Origin: Oscillospiraceae bacterium
GTDB taxonomy: Bacteria; Bacillota; Clostridia; Oscillospirales; Acutalibacteraceae
Direction of reading: 5' to 3'
Length of the DNA stretch: 64,000 nucleotides
NCBI GenBank assembly: GCA_902772935.1
Contig: CACYCR010000160.1
Span: 19,967 to 83,966 of the forward strand
Shown here: in pieces, positions 1 to 8,936 of the stretch
Position numbering within the stretch: the first letter of the stretch is position 1
Layout of the letters: every line of letters starts with the position of its first letter
Position numbers and translations under genes: made by a program
The notes under the pieces: model-generated
Database searches by the model: none
Told to the model about the DNA's origin: nothing
The model's input: only the letters and a program-made list of their open reading frames with translations

Positions 1-478
1 GGACGTTGTCATTGACGATATGCTTGTCCACGCCTTCACAACGCCGCATGACAGCAATGAAAGCTGCGGCTTCATCGTCACACTGCCGGATGAACGCAAA
101 GCCGCCATTGCGACCGACATCGGCCACATGACCAATGAGATCATGCAAAACCTGCTCGGCTGCGACCTGGTCATGCTCGAATCCAATCACGACGTCGGGA
201 TGCTGGAAAACGGCCCGTATCCGTACTTTCTGAAACGGCGAATCCTGTCCGACACCGGTCACTTATCCAACCTCGCCTGTGCCGACGTGGCGACGCAGTT
301 GATTGATCACGGCACCACGCGCCTGTTTCTCGGTCATCTCAGTACGGAAAACAATCTGCCCGCGCTCGCGTTTCAGACCAGCTACGCTGCCATCCAGGAG
401 ACCGGCGCCGTGCTGGACCGCGATTACATTCTGAAAGTCAATCCGAAAGAAAACAATGAAGATCTTGTTCGTTTCTGA
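1..478 (+). CDS. MBL-fold metallo-hydrolase, C-terminal part (5' end lies outside the window)
   Basis: The frame is open from the window edge. TPHD, LESNHD and TGHLSN motifs are typical of beta-lactamase-fold hydrolases. The stop lies 9 nt before rlmH. Confidence 0.7.
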   Translation, partial: DVVIDDMLVHAFTTPHDSNESCGFIVTLPDERKAAIATDIGHMTNEIMQNLLGCDLVMLESNHDVGMLENGPYPYFLKRRILSDTGHLSNLACADVATQLIDHGTTRLFLGHLSTENNLPALAFQTSYAAIQETGAVLDRDYILKVNPKENNEDLVRF

Positions 479-487
479 GGTACCGAC

Positions 488-970
488 ATGAAAAACATCA
501 TCTTGCTTTGTATTGGCAGACTCAAGGAAAAATATCTGCAGGATGCCTGCGCGGAGTATCAGAAACGGCTGTCCGGCGTCTGCCGGCTGACGGTTCTGGA
601 ACTGCCGGCGGAAAAGCTGCCCGATGCGCCGAGTCAAAAGCAAATCGACGCCGCGCTCGCAGCCGAAGGAAAGCGGATTTTGGAAAAGCTTCCGCAAAAT
701 GCCGCAGTGATCACACTTTGCATCGAGGGCAAACAGCTCTCCTCTCAGGAATTCAGCGCGCGCCTTTCCGACTTTGCACTGCGCGGAAAAAGCAGCATCG
801 TATTTATCATCGGCGGTTCCTTCGGTCTTGCCGAGGCTGTCAAGGAGAAAAGTGATCTGCGGCTCTCCGTCAGCAAAATGACGTTTCCGCATCAGCTGTT
901 CCGTGTGATGCTGTTAGAGCAAATCTATCGCGCATCGCAGATTGAAAGCGGAACCCGATACCACAAATAA
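488..970 (+). CDS. rlmH: 23S rRNA (pseudouridine1915-N3)-methyltransferase RlmH
   Basis: 160 aa. Typical RlmH N-terminus (IGRLKEKYL), GGSFGL motif and C-terminal MTFPHQL...EQIYRA. GAGG RBS upstream. Confidence 0.9.
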   Translation: MKNIILLCIGRLKEKYLQDACAEYQKRLSGVCRLTVLELPAEKLPDAPSQKQIDAALAAEGKRILEKLPQNAAVITLCIEGKQLSSQEFSARLSDFALRGKSSIVFIIGGSFGLAEAVKEKSDLRLSVSKMTFPHQLFRVMLLEQIYRASQIESGTRYHK

Positions 971-1069
971 CGCACAGATATACGAAATTGTTCTAAAAAA
1001 AAAGATTGACAACCATTCGCGAAAGTGATAGAGTAATAGTAGTTCAATTATGAAAGGAGCTTCTCTTTT

Positions 1070-2017
1070 ATGAAAAGAAACATCATTTCCATTCTGGTTG
1101 CTGCAGTGATTCTGCTTGCAAGCATTCTGCCCGTGTACGCTGCAAGCGTTGACGTTTCAAACATCGATATCAATGAAGTCATCACCGCAATCAAACTCGA
1201 TGGAAAAGAACGCAAAGAAGGGTTGAGATCCATCAAGAATGCGATTCACAATCTGAAAGGCGATATTCGCCCCTATGTGGAAAATGTGGTCCTGACGCCG
1301 GAAAACATCGAAACCGCCAAGGAACTCGGCTCAAAAATCATGATCAAACTGTATGACAAGATTATGGATACGCTCAAGCCGCAGCCGACACAGCCAACCG
1401 AACCGACACAGCCGACTGAACCGACAGAACCGACAGATCCGACGGATCCGACACAACCGACGCAGCCGACTGAACCCACTGAACCGGAAGAATCCCAAAT
1501 CAGTGTCACCATCAAGGCGCTCGCAGATATGCTCAAAAAGTACATCTTTGTTCAGGTGGATAACCCGGAACAGGCCGCGCAGCTCATCGCTGACGACGCC
1601 AGCATCGAGTACAAGGTCATTGAAGGCGAAGGCGGCACTTATTATATGCGCGTTGACATTGAAAACAATCCGGAGATCTTCAACTACGGCGTGTTCAGAC
1701 GCGTTGTCGACGACCTTGTTGAAAAGCAGAACGCACAGTATATCAAGGACGGCGAAGGCAACATTGACTATGCCATGACCTATGAACACATCGCCGGAGA
1801 GCTTGCCTTGCACGCCATCATCTATGCCGCGCTGAACGAACTGATCGAAGTTTCCGGCACAAAGAACGAGCGGATTCTCAAGATCTATGAAGCCGCAATG
1901 AAAGCGGATCTCAACGCGGACGAAAGCCGTCTGCCGTGGGAAGTCATTTCCATCATCGGCACGTTGCTGTACAGCTTTGTCGGCTTCCATCTGCTCAAAG
2001 CACTGCATCTGATCTGA
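1070..2017 (+). CDS. Secreted hypothetical protein with a Pro-Thr linker and a hydrophobic C-terminal tail
   Basis: AAAGGAG RBS. Signal-peptide-like MKRNIISILVAAVILLASILPVYA. PT(Q/E/D) repeat block. C-terminal IIGTLLYSFVGFHLLKALHLI. Confidence 0.6.
   Translation: MKRNIISILVAAVILLASILPVYAASVDVSNIDINEVITAIKLDGKERKEGLRSIKNAIHNLKGDIRPYVENVVLTPENIETAKELGSKIMIKLYDKIMDTLKPQPTQPTEPTQPTEPTEPTDPTDPTQPTQPTEPTEPEESQISVTIKALADMLKKYIFVQVDNPEQAAQLIADDASIEYKVIEGEGGTYYMRVDIENNPEIFNYGVFRRVVDDLVEKQNAQYIKDGEGNIDYAMTYEHIAGELALHAIIYAALNELIEVSGTKNERILKIYEAAMKADLNADESRLPWEVISIIGTLLYSFVGFHLLKALHLI
1379..1492 (+). repeat. 9-nt-periodic tandem repeat encoding about 12 P-T-(Q/E/D) triplets
   Basis: CCGAC(A/G)(C/G)A(G/A)-type units are read directly from the sequence. 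They translate to PQPTQPTEPTQPTEPTEPTDPTDPTQPTQPTEPTEPEE. Confidence 0.9.
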
Positions 2018-2037
2018 CAAGCAAAACAACCGAAAAA

Positions 2038-2062
2038 GCCGGACCGCGCGTCCGGCTTTTTG
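2038..2062 (+). terminator. Intrinsic terminator after the PT-linker protein gene
   Basis: 7-bp stem GCCGGAC/GTCCGGC, loop CGCGC, then TTTTT. An A-run upstream makes it potentially bidirectional. Confidence 0.75.
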
Positions 2063-2304
2063 CTTTGCAGTTTGATCGTTTACATTTGAAATCCCCGACA
2101 GCGCAGAATAATGAGGCTGTCCGATCAGACAATATCTATTTTGCGGTGACTGCATAAAAAACCGGTTCTCTCGCTTTTCGCCAGCCTGTTCTGCCTGCTT
2201 TGCAGTCTTCCGGCAGCAGCTGCTCATCGGCTGAAGTTTGCCTTATATTTTGACATAATACACGTATAAAAAGCAGAATCCTTCGTAAATCTTTTCGAAA
2301 GCCC

Positions 2305-2334
2305 TTGACTTTCTTATTTCGTTTGTAGTACAAT
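2305..2334 (+). promoter_or_regulatory. Sigma-A-type promoter for the amidohydrolase-to-ACT cluster
   Basis: TTGACT, 18-nt spacer, TACAAT. It lies about 100 nt upstream of the first gene of the cluster. Confidence 0.5.
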
Positions 2335-2437
2335 ACGTTTACAGCTTTTTTCAAAGCATTTCTTTTTACCGCAATTTTACTTTTACGGTTTAAAGCGTTT
2401 AAGTTCTAAAGAATCCGGAGTGAAAGGATATGACGAC

Positions 2438-3238
2438 ATGATTGTTGATTTCCATGTACATACCTTTCCGGACAAGATTGCCGAAAAGACCATCGCCTAT
2501 CTTTCTCAAAAAGGCGGCATCACCCCCTTTCGCGAAGGAACGCTTTCTGCGCTCAAGGCACAGATGAAGCAAGGCAGCGTTGACCGCAGCGTTGTTCTTC
2601 CTGTCGTGACCGCCGCACGGCAGACCGAAACGATTAACCGCGTTTCCGCGGCGGAGAACGGGAAGGACGGCGTCTATTTTTTCGGCGGCATCCATCCCGA
2701 TACCGAAGACATTCCGGGAACGCTGGACTTCATTCAGAAGAGCGGACTGCGCGGCATCAAGCTGCACCCGGATTATCAGGGCATTTATTTCAATGACCCG
2801 CGCTACCTTTACATTATGGAACAGGCTGCAAAACGCGGGCTTTATATTGTGACGCACGCCGGCCGCGACATCGCTTACCCCGATGACGTACACTGCACAC
2901 CGCAGATGATTCTGCAGGTTCTGGACACCTTGCGCGGCGTCATTGACAACAAGCTCATTCTCGCACACATGGGCGGTTTCGATTTTCCGGACGACGTGTT
3001 GGAAATGCTTTGCAAAAAGCCGGTCTGGATGGATACGGCAGCCGTGCTGGATCTTTACCCGGAAAAATGCAAACGCATCATCGAACTGCACGGTGCGGAC
3101 CGCATCCTGTTTGCGAGTGATTCGCCCTGGGCGGACCCGGAAGCCTTCATCCGCATCCTTCGCAGCTTTGCTTTAGGAGAAGACGCAGAAGAAAAAATCT
3201 TTTTTGCAAACGCGAACCGCATCCTCCATCTTTCTTAA
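2438..3238 (+). CDS. Amidohydrolase-family (TIM-barrel metal-dependent hydrolase) protein
   Basis: N-terminal MIVDFHVHTFP (HxH metal motif). The ATG at 2438 has a GAAAGGA RBS. The track ORF begins at an upstream GTG (2420). Confidence 0.7.
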   Translation: MIVDFHVHTFPDKIAEKTIAYLSQKGGITPFREGTLSALKAQMKQGSVDRSVVLPVVTAARQTETINRVSAAENGKDGVYFFGGIHPDTEDIPGTLDFIQKSGLRGIKLHPDYQGIYFNDPRYLYIMEQAAKRGLYIVTHAGRDIAYPDDVHCTPQMILQVLDTLRGVIDNKLILAHMGGFDFPDDVLEMLCKKPVWMDTAAVLDLYPEKCKRIIELHGADRILFASDSPWADPEAFIRILRSFALGEDAEEKIFFANANRILHLS

Positions 3239-3289
3239 GCAGAAAACAGATTCATATAGAGAGAATACAGAAGAAGGAGATCACAAGCA

Positions 3290-4924
3290 ATGACCATCGT
3301 AGACTTACTGGAACGCAACGCCGCACAGTACGGCGGCGACACCGCACTGGTGGAGATCAACCCCGAAGAAAAGCATCACCGGCGCATCACCTGGCACGAA
3401 TATGACCTTGTGCAGCCCGCAGAGGGCGGCGGCAAACGCCGCGAGATCACCTGGTCGGTTTTCAACGAACGCGCCAACCGTTTTGCCAATGCGTTGATTT
3501 CCCGCGGCATTGGTAAAGGCAACAAAGTTGCCATTCTTTTGATGAACTGCCTGGAATGGCTGCCGGTGTATTTCGGCATTCTCAAGGCCGGCGCCATTGC
3601 CGTTCCCCTGAATTTCCGCTATTCATCCGATGAGATCAAGTATACCTTTGACCTGTCCGAAGCAGACATTCTGCTGTTCGGCCCGGAGTTCATCGGCCGC
3701 GTGGAAGCCATTGCCGACGACATTGATGAACGGCACCTGCTGCTGTACCTCGGCGACGGCTGTCCGTCCTTCGCAGAAGGGTACGCCTCATTTGTCGCGG
3801 AAAGCTCCAGCGCAAACCCGAATGTGCCGCTGACGGAAGACGACTATGCCGCGATCTATTTTTCCTCCGGCACCACAGGCTTCCCGAAGGCAATTCTGCA
3901 CAAGCACCGCGCCCTCATCCATTCCTGCCGCGTGGAACAGAATCATCACGGGCAAACGCGCGACGACGTTTTCCTGTGCATCCCGCCGCTGTATCACACC
4001 GGCGCGAAAATGCACTGGTTCGGCTCCCTGCTTTCCGGCAGCAAAGCGGTTTTGCTCAAAGGCACCAAACCCGAATACATCCTCGACGCTGTCTCCAAGG
4101 AAAAATGCACCATCGTCTGGCTGCTCGTACCCTGGGCGCAGGACATTCTCAATGCACTCGATTCCGGACGGCTGAAGCTCGAGGACTATGAGCTGTCCCA
4201 GTGGCGTCTCATGCACATCGGTGCGCAGCCCGTACCGCAAAGTCTCATCAAGCACTGGCTGCAGTACTTCCCGCATCATCAGTATGACACCAACTACGGC
4301 CTTTCGGAATCCATCGGTCCCGGCGCGGTACACCTCGGTGTGGAAAACATTCACAAAGTCGGCGCCATCGGCGTCCCCGGTTACGGCTGGCAGGCGCAGA
4401 TCGTGGATGAATCCGGCGTACCCGTCAAGCAAGGCGACGTCGGCGAACTGATTGTCAAAGGCGACGGCGTCATGATCTGCTACTACAACGACCCGGAAGC
4501 AACCGCAAAGACGCTCAAGGACGGCTGGCTGTATACCGGCGATATGGCCATGCAGGACGCGGACGGCTTCATTTTCCTCGTTGACCGCAAAAAGGACGTC
4601 ATCATCACCGGCGGCGAAAACCTGTATCCCGTACAGATTGAAGACTTCCTGCGCGGCTTTGATAAAATCAGCGACGTCGCCGTCATCGGTCTGCCGGATG
4701 AACGGCTCGGCGAAATCGCCGCGGCGATCATTCAGCTCAAAGAGGGCATGACCAGCTCCGAAGAAGAGATTCAGGACTTCTGCAAAGGCATGCCGCGCTA
4801 CAAGCGGCCGCGCAAGATCATCTTCGCCGATGTGCCGCGCAACCCGACCGGAAAAATCGAAAAACCCTTGCTGCGGAAAATGTACGGCGCTGATCACCTG
4901 GTCGACGCGCAAAACAAGAGCTGA
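3290..4924 (+). CDS. AMP-dependent acyl-CoA synthetase/ligase
   Basis: 544 aa. AMP-binding signature IYFSSGTTGFPK, later YTGD and GENLYP motifs, and the C-terminal lysine in PTGKIEK. GAAGGAG RBS. Confidence 0.85.
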   Translation: MTIVDLLERNAAQYGGDTALVEINPEEKHHRRITWHEYDLVQPAEGGGKRREITWSVFNERANRFANALISRGIGKGNKVAILLMNCLEWLPVYFGILKAGAIAVPLNFRYSSDEIKYTFDLSEADILLFGPEFIGRVEAIADDIDERHLLLYLGDGCPSFAEGYASFVAESSSANPNVPLTEDDYAAIYFSSGTTGFPKAILHKHRALIHSCRVEQNHHGQTRDDVFLCIPPLYHTGAKMHWFGSLLSGSKAVLLKGTKPEYILDAVSKEKCTIVWLLVPWAQDILNALDSGRLKLEDYELSQWRLMHIGAQPVPQSLIKHWLQYFPHHQYDTNYGLSESIGPGAVHLGVENIHKVGAIGVPGYGWQAQIVDESGVPVKQGDVGELIVKGDGVMICYYNDPEATAKTLKDGWLYTGDMAMQDADGFIFLVDRKKDVIITGGENLYPVQIEDFLRGFDKISDVAVIGLPDERLGEIAAAIIQLKEGMTSSEEEIQDFCKGMPRYKRPRKIIFADVPRNPTGKIEKPLLRKMYGADHLVDAQNKS

Positions 4925-4961
4925 CAACCTCGCAGAGTTTTCATAAAGGAGTGCTGTTCTT

Positions 4962-6521
4962 ATGACAACAACCATGATTTTGACCCTGATTCTGATCGTT
5001 TTATTCTTTGCCCTCATGGTCGGCATCGGCATCCGTTCCCGCAAACATGCCACCGATGTCAACGGCTTCGTTCTCGGCTCGCGGTCCGTCGGCCCGTGGC
5101 TGTCCGCGTTCGCGTTTGGTACCTCGTATTTTTCGGCCGTCATTTTTGTCGGATATGCCGGCCAGTTCGGCTGGAATTTCGGCGTGGCATCCACATGGAT
5201 CGGTCTTGGCAACGCGTTCATCGGATCGCTTTTGCCGTGGGTCATTCTCGGCCGCCGCACCCGCGTCATGACGCAGCACATCGGCTCAAAGACGATGCCG
5301 GACTTCTTCGGTGCGCGCTTTGAGTCCAAGGGACTGAAAATTGCCGCCTCCGTCATCACCTTTCTGTTTTTGATTCCGTATACCGCGTCGCTGTACAACG
5401 GTCTGTCCCGTCTGTTCTCCATGGCGTTCAACGGTGTGGATTATTCTGTATGCGTCATCGTGATGGCCGTACTCACCGGCGTTTACGTCATTGTCGGCGG
5501 CTATATGGCAACCGCGATCAATGACTTCATTCAGGGCCTCATCATGCTCGTCGGCATTGTCGCCGTCATTTTCGCTGTTCTCAAGGACAACGGCGGTCTG
5601 ATGGCAGCCATGCAGGGCCTGTCCGAGCAAAGCCCGAACGGCTGGGAATTTTCATCCTTCCTCGGCCCGCAGCCGCTGTTTTTGCTGTTCGTCGTTTTGC
5701 TGACGTCACTCGGTACCTGGGGTCTGCCGCAGATGGTCGGTAAATTTTACGCCATCAAGAATGAGGACTCCATCAAGAAGGGAACCATCATCTCCACCTT
5801 CTTCGCCATCATCGTGGCCGGCGGATGCTATTTCCTCGGCGGCTTCGGCCGGCTTTATCCGGTAGACGTTGCAAAGGACGGCTTTGACGCCGTGGTGCCG
5901 CAGATGCTGTCCACGCTCTCGCCGATTCTCATCGGTGTCGTCATTGTGCTGGTGCTGTCCGCCTCGATGTCCACGCTGTCCTCGCTGGTACTGACATCCG
6001 GTTCCACGATTACGCTGGACTTCCTTGCACCGATGGCGAAAAAAGAGATGAGCGAAAAGAAGAAGATGACGATCATGCGTGCGTTCATCGTTGTGTTCAT
6101 CGTCATCTCCGCCATCATCGCCATCAAGCAGGCAAAATCCAAGAGTCTGTTCATCGCGCAGATGATGGGCGTTTCCTGGGGTGCGTTGGCCGGCTCGTTC
6201 CTTGCGCCGTTTTTGTACGGTCTGTATTACAAAAAGACCACCAAGGCTGCAGTCATCGTGTCCTTTGTTTTCGGCGTATGCATGGAAGTGTTCCAGCTTT
6301 GCGCGTCGCTCGGTTGGGTCGACATTTCCGGCAATGCCGTGTTGTCCTTTGTCTTTAAAAATTCGCTGTATTCCGGCGTGTTCGCCATGGTCGGCGGTCT
6401 GATTCTTGTGCCGCTTGTGTCGCTTTGTACGCAAAAAACAAAGCCGCAGCACGTGGAGGAGATGTTCGCCTGTTACCACGACACGCGCACTGTCGAAATC
6501 ACCGACAGTCTCGGCGAATAA
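4962..6521 (+). CDS. Sodium:solute symporter (SSS) family transporter
   Basis: 519 aa and polytopic (at least 12 hydrophobic segments). SSS-like GGYMATAINDFIQG region. AAAGGAG RBS. Confidence 0.8.
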   Translation: MTTTMILTLILIVLFFALMVGIGIRSRKHATDVNGFVLGSRSVGPWLSAFAFGTSYFSAVIFVGYAGQFGWNFGVASTWIGLGNAFIGSLLPWVILGRRTRVMTQHIGSKTMPDFFGARFESKGLKIAASVITFLFLIPYTASLYNGLSRLFSMAFNGVDYSVCVIVMAVLTGVYVIVGGYMATAINDFIQGLIMLVGIVAVIFAVLKDNGGLMAAMQGLSEQSPNGWEFSSFLGPQPLFLLFVVLLTSLGTWGLPQMVGKFYAIKNEDSIKKGTIISTFFAIIVAGGCYFLGGFGRLYPVDVAKDGFDAVVPQMLSTLSPILIGVVIVLVLSASMSTLSSLVLTSGSTITLDFLAPMAKKEMSEKKKMTIMRAFIVVFIVISAIIAIKQAKSKSLFIAQMMGVSWGALAGSFLAPFLYGLYYKKTTKAAVIVSFVFGVCMEVFQLCASLGWVDISGNAVLSFVFKNSLYSGVFAMVGGLILVPLVSLCTQKTKPQHVEEMFACYHDTRTVEITDSLGE

Positions 6522-6536
6522 TTTGCAATATATTGG

Positions 6537-6550
6537 AATGGATATCCATT
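6537..6550. promoter_or_regulatory. Perfect 14-bp palindrome AATGGATATCCATT (candidate operator) upstream of iorA
   Basis: Read directly from the sequence. It lies in the 81-nt gap between the symporter and iorA and is followed by a GTGCGG/CCGCAC hairpin with no U-run. Confidence 0.3.
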
Positions 6551-6602
6551 GACGTGCGGCGCCGTTTACCGCACAGAGAACTTTCAGCAGGAGGAATGAA
6601 CA

Positions 6603-8339
6603 TTGAAAAAACTGATGTTGGGTAACGAGGCAGTTGCACGCGGTCTGTATGAGGCCGGCGTCAATCTTGTTTCAAGCTACCCCGGAACCCCGTCCACGGA
6701 GATTACGGAATTTGCCGCAAAGTATGACGCGATTTATTGCGAATGGGCGCCAAACGAAAAGGTTGCGACTGAGGTTGCCTTCGGTGCCTCCCTGCGCGGC
6801 GCACGCAGTGCCTGCGCGATGAAGCATGTCGGTCTGAACGTTGCAGCCGACCCGCTGTTCACCCTGTCTTATACCGGCGTCGGCGGCGGCATGGTCATTT
6901 TTGTCGCGGATGACCCGGCCATGCACTCTTCGCAGAATGAGCAGGATTCCCGCCACTATGCGATCGCAGCAAAAGTGCCGATGCTCGAGCCGGCAGACTC
7001 CGCGGAGGCAAAGGAGTTCGTCAAGCGCGCCTTTGACCTTTCCGAACAGTATGACACCCCGGTCATCATCCGGATGTGTACGCGCATTGCGCATTCACAA
7101 AGCACAGTTGAACTGTGTGACCGTGTGGAACGCGCCCTGCCCGCTTACGAAAAGAATCCACAAAAATACATCATGGCGCCGGCAAATGCCGTCCGCCGGC
7201 ATCCTTTTGTGGAAGAACGCACGGAAAAGCTGCGTGCCCTCGGTGAAACGACCGACCTCAACCGCGAAGAAATGGGCGGCACCGAGATCGGCATCATCTG
7301 CAGCGGTACCTGCTATCAATACGTCAAAGAAGTGTTCGGCGACACCGCTTCCGTGCTGAAGCTCGGTCTGGTCAATCCGCTGCCGGTACAGCGCATCAAG
7401 GACTTCGCCGCAAAAGTGAAAACCCTTTATGTCATCGAAGAACTTGACGGCATCATTGAAACACATCTGAACACCATCGGTGTTCCCTGCGTCGGCAAAG
7501 CGATGTTCCCGCCGATCGGCGAATTCAATCAGACAACGATCCGCAAAGCGTTCGGTCTGCCGGTCGACGCCGCACCTGCCATTGACACTGACATCCCCGT
7601 GCGTCCGCCGGTCATGTGTGCCGGCTGTCCGCACCGCGGTCTGTTCTATACGCTTGCAAAGCACAAGATCACCTGCCTCGGTGACATCGGCTGTTATACG
7701 CTCGGTTCCGCCGCGCCGCTCACCGCACTGGATTCCACGCTCTGCATGGGCGCTTCGGTTTCCGGTTTACACGGTTTCAATAAGGCAGGCGGAAAGGACA
7801 GCGAAGGTAAGACGGTCTGCGTCATCGGCGATTCGACCTTCATGCATTCCGGCATTACGGGACTGGTCAACATCGCCTATAACGCCTCCAACTCCACGGT
7901 CATTATCCTTGACAACTCCATCACAGGCATGACAGGTCACCAGCAGAATCCAACCACCGGCAAGAACATCAAGGGCGAACCTGCGCTTGCAGTGAACCTC
8001 GAAGCGCTTTGCCGCGCCGTCGGCATCGAACGCGTCCGCGTGGTCGATCCCTATAACCTCAAGGAATGTGAAGACGCCGTACTGGAAGAGCTTTCCGTGG
8101 ACGCGCCGTCCGTCATCATTTCCCGCCGGCCGTGCATGCTGCTGAAATATGTCAAAGCAAAACCGCCGGTCAAGGTCAACGAAGACAAATGTGTCGGCTG
8201 CCGACAGTGCATGAAGCTCGGCTGCCCGGCCATCAGCTTCAAAAACAAGAAGGCAATCATTGATGCAACCCAGTGCGTCGGCTGCAACGTCTGCACGCAG
8301 CTTTGCCGTATCGGTGCGATGGAGAAAGGAGAAGCATAA
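6603..8339 (+). CDS. iorA: Indolepyruvate:ferredoxin oxidoreductase subunit alpha
   Basis: TTG start after an AGGAGGA RBS. MKKLMLGNEAVARGLYEAGV N-terminus, TPP motif GDSTFMHSG, and two CxxCxxCxxxC ferredoxin motifs at the C-terminus. Confidence 0.9.
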   Translation: MKKLMLGNEAVARGLYEAGVNLVSSYPGTPSTEITEFAAKYDAIYCEWAPNEKVATEVAFGASLRGARSACAMKHVGLNVAADPLFTLSYTGVGGGMVIFVADDPAMHSSQNEQDSRHYAIAAKVPMLEPADSAEAKEFVKRAFDLSEQYDTPVIIRMCTRIAHSQSTVELCDRVERALPAYEKNPQKYIMAPANAVRRHPFVEERTEKLRALGETTDLNREEMGGTEIGIICSGTCYQYVKEVFGDTASVLKLGLVNPLPVQRIKDFAAKVKTLYVIEELDGIIETHLNTIGVPCVGKAMFPPIGEFNQTTIRKAFGLPVDAAPAIDTDIPVRPPVMCAGCPHRGLFYTLAKHKITCLGDIGCYTLGSAAPLTALDSTLCMGASVSGLHGFNKAGGKDSEGKTVCVIGDSTFMHSGITGLVNIAYNASNSTVIILDNSITGMTGHQQNPTTGKNIKGEPALAVNLEALCRAVGIERVRVVDPYNLKECEDAVLEELSVDAPSVIISRRPCMLLKYVKAKPPVKVNEDKCVGCRQCMKLGCPAISFKNKKAIIDATQCVGCNVCTQLCRIGAMEKGEA

Positions 8340-8340
8340 C

Positions 8341-8913
8341 ATGGAAACCAAAAATGTCATGATTGTCGGTGTCGGCGGACAGGGAAGCCTCCTTGCCAGC
8401 AAACTGCTCGGCAAACTCCTCACCGAAGAAGGCTTTGACGTCAAGGTCAGCGAAGTCCACGGCATGAGCCAGCGCGGCGGCAGCGTCGTCACCTATGTCC
8501 GTTTCGGCGACAAGGTCTACTCCCCTGTCATTGCGGACGGCGAAGCGGATTTCATCGTTTCGTTTGAAAAGCTCGAAGCGGCGCGGTACCTCAAATGCCT
8601 GAAGAAGGACGGAAAAATCGTGGTCAACGCGCAGTCCATCGACCCCATGCCGGTCATTACCGGCGCGGCAGCCTACCCTGAAGCTGTACTGGACGACGTT
8701 CGTGCCAAAGGTGTGTTCGTTGATGAAATCGACGCACTCTCCCTTGCGAAGACGGCAGGCAACGCCAAAAGCGTCAACATTGTCCTCATGGGGCGGCTCG
8801 CAAAATATTTCGACATCCCATATGAGAACTGGATTGAGGCAATCAAGAACACGGTCAAGCCGCAGTTTGTGGACGTGAATGTGAAGGCCTTCGATCTTGG
8901 ATATAATTACTAA
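8341..8913 (+). CDS. iorB: Indolepyruvate oxidoreductase subunit beta
   Basis: The ATG lies 1 nt after the iorA stop. VMIVGVGGQGSLLASK motif. About 190 aa, as expected for IorB. Confidence 0.88.
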   Translation: METKNVMIVGVGGQGSLLASKLLGKLLTEEGFDVKVSEVHGMSQRGGSVVTYVRFGDKVYSPVIADGEADFIVSFEKLEAARYLKCLKKDGKIVVNAQSIDPMPVITGAAAYPEAVLDDVRAKGVFVDEIDALSLAKTAGNAKSVNIVLMGRLAKYFDIPYENWIEAIKNTVKPQFVDVNVKAFDLGYNY

Positions 8914-8936
8914 TTTTTATTAAAGGAGTGATTCCC

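Noticed and set aside
2136-2354. 72-aa minus-strand ORF in the gap before the amidohydrolase gene.
   Set aside because: It overlaps the plus-strand promoter and has no RBS. It has a basic low-complexity composition and no recognisable motif.
3788-5431. Very long antisense or alternative-frame ORFs. Examples: 3788-5431 (-), 17388-18905 (+), 36972-38537 (+), 38435-39913 (+), 48804-50852 (+), 58323-60581 (+), 44189-45541 (-).
   Set aside because: They lie opposite or out of frame to genes with unmistakable family motifs. Their translations are Arg/Ala/Gly/His-rich low-complexity sequence, typical of stop-codon-poor shadow frames in high-GC DNA. They lack RBS-plus-start contexts.
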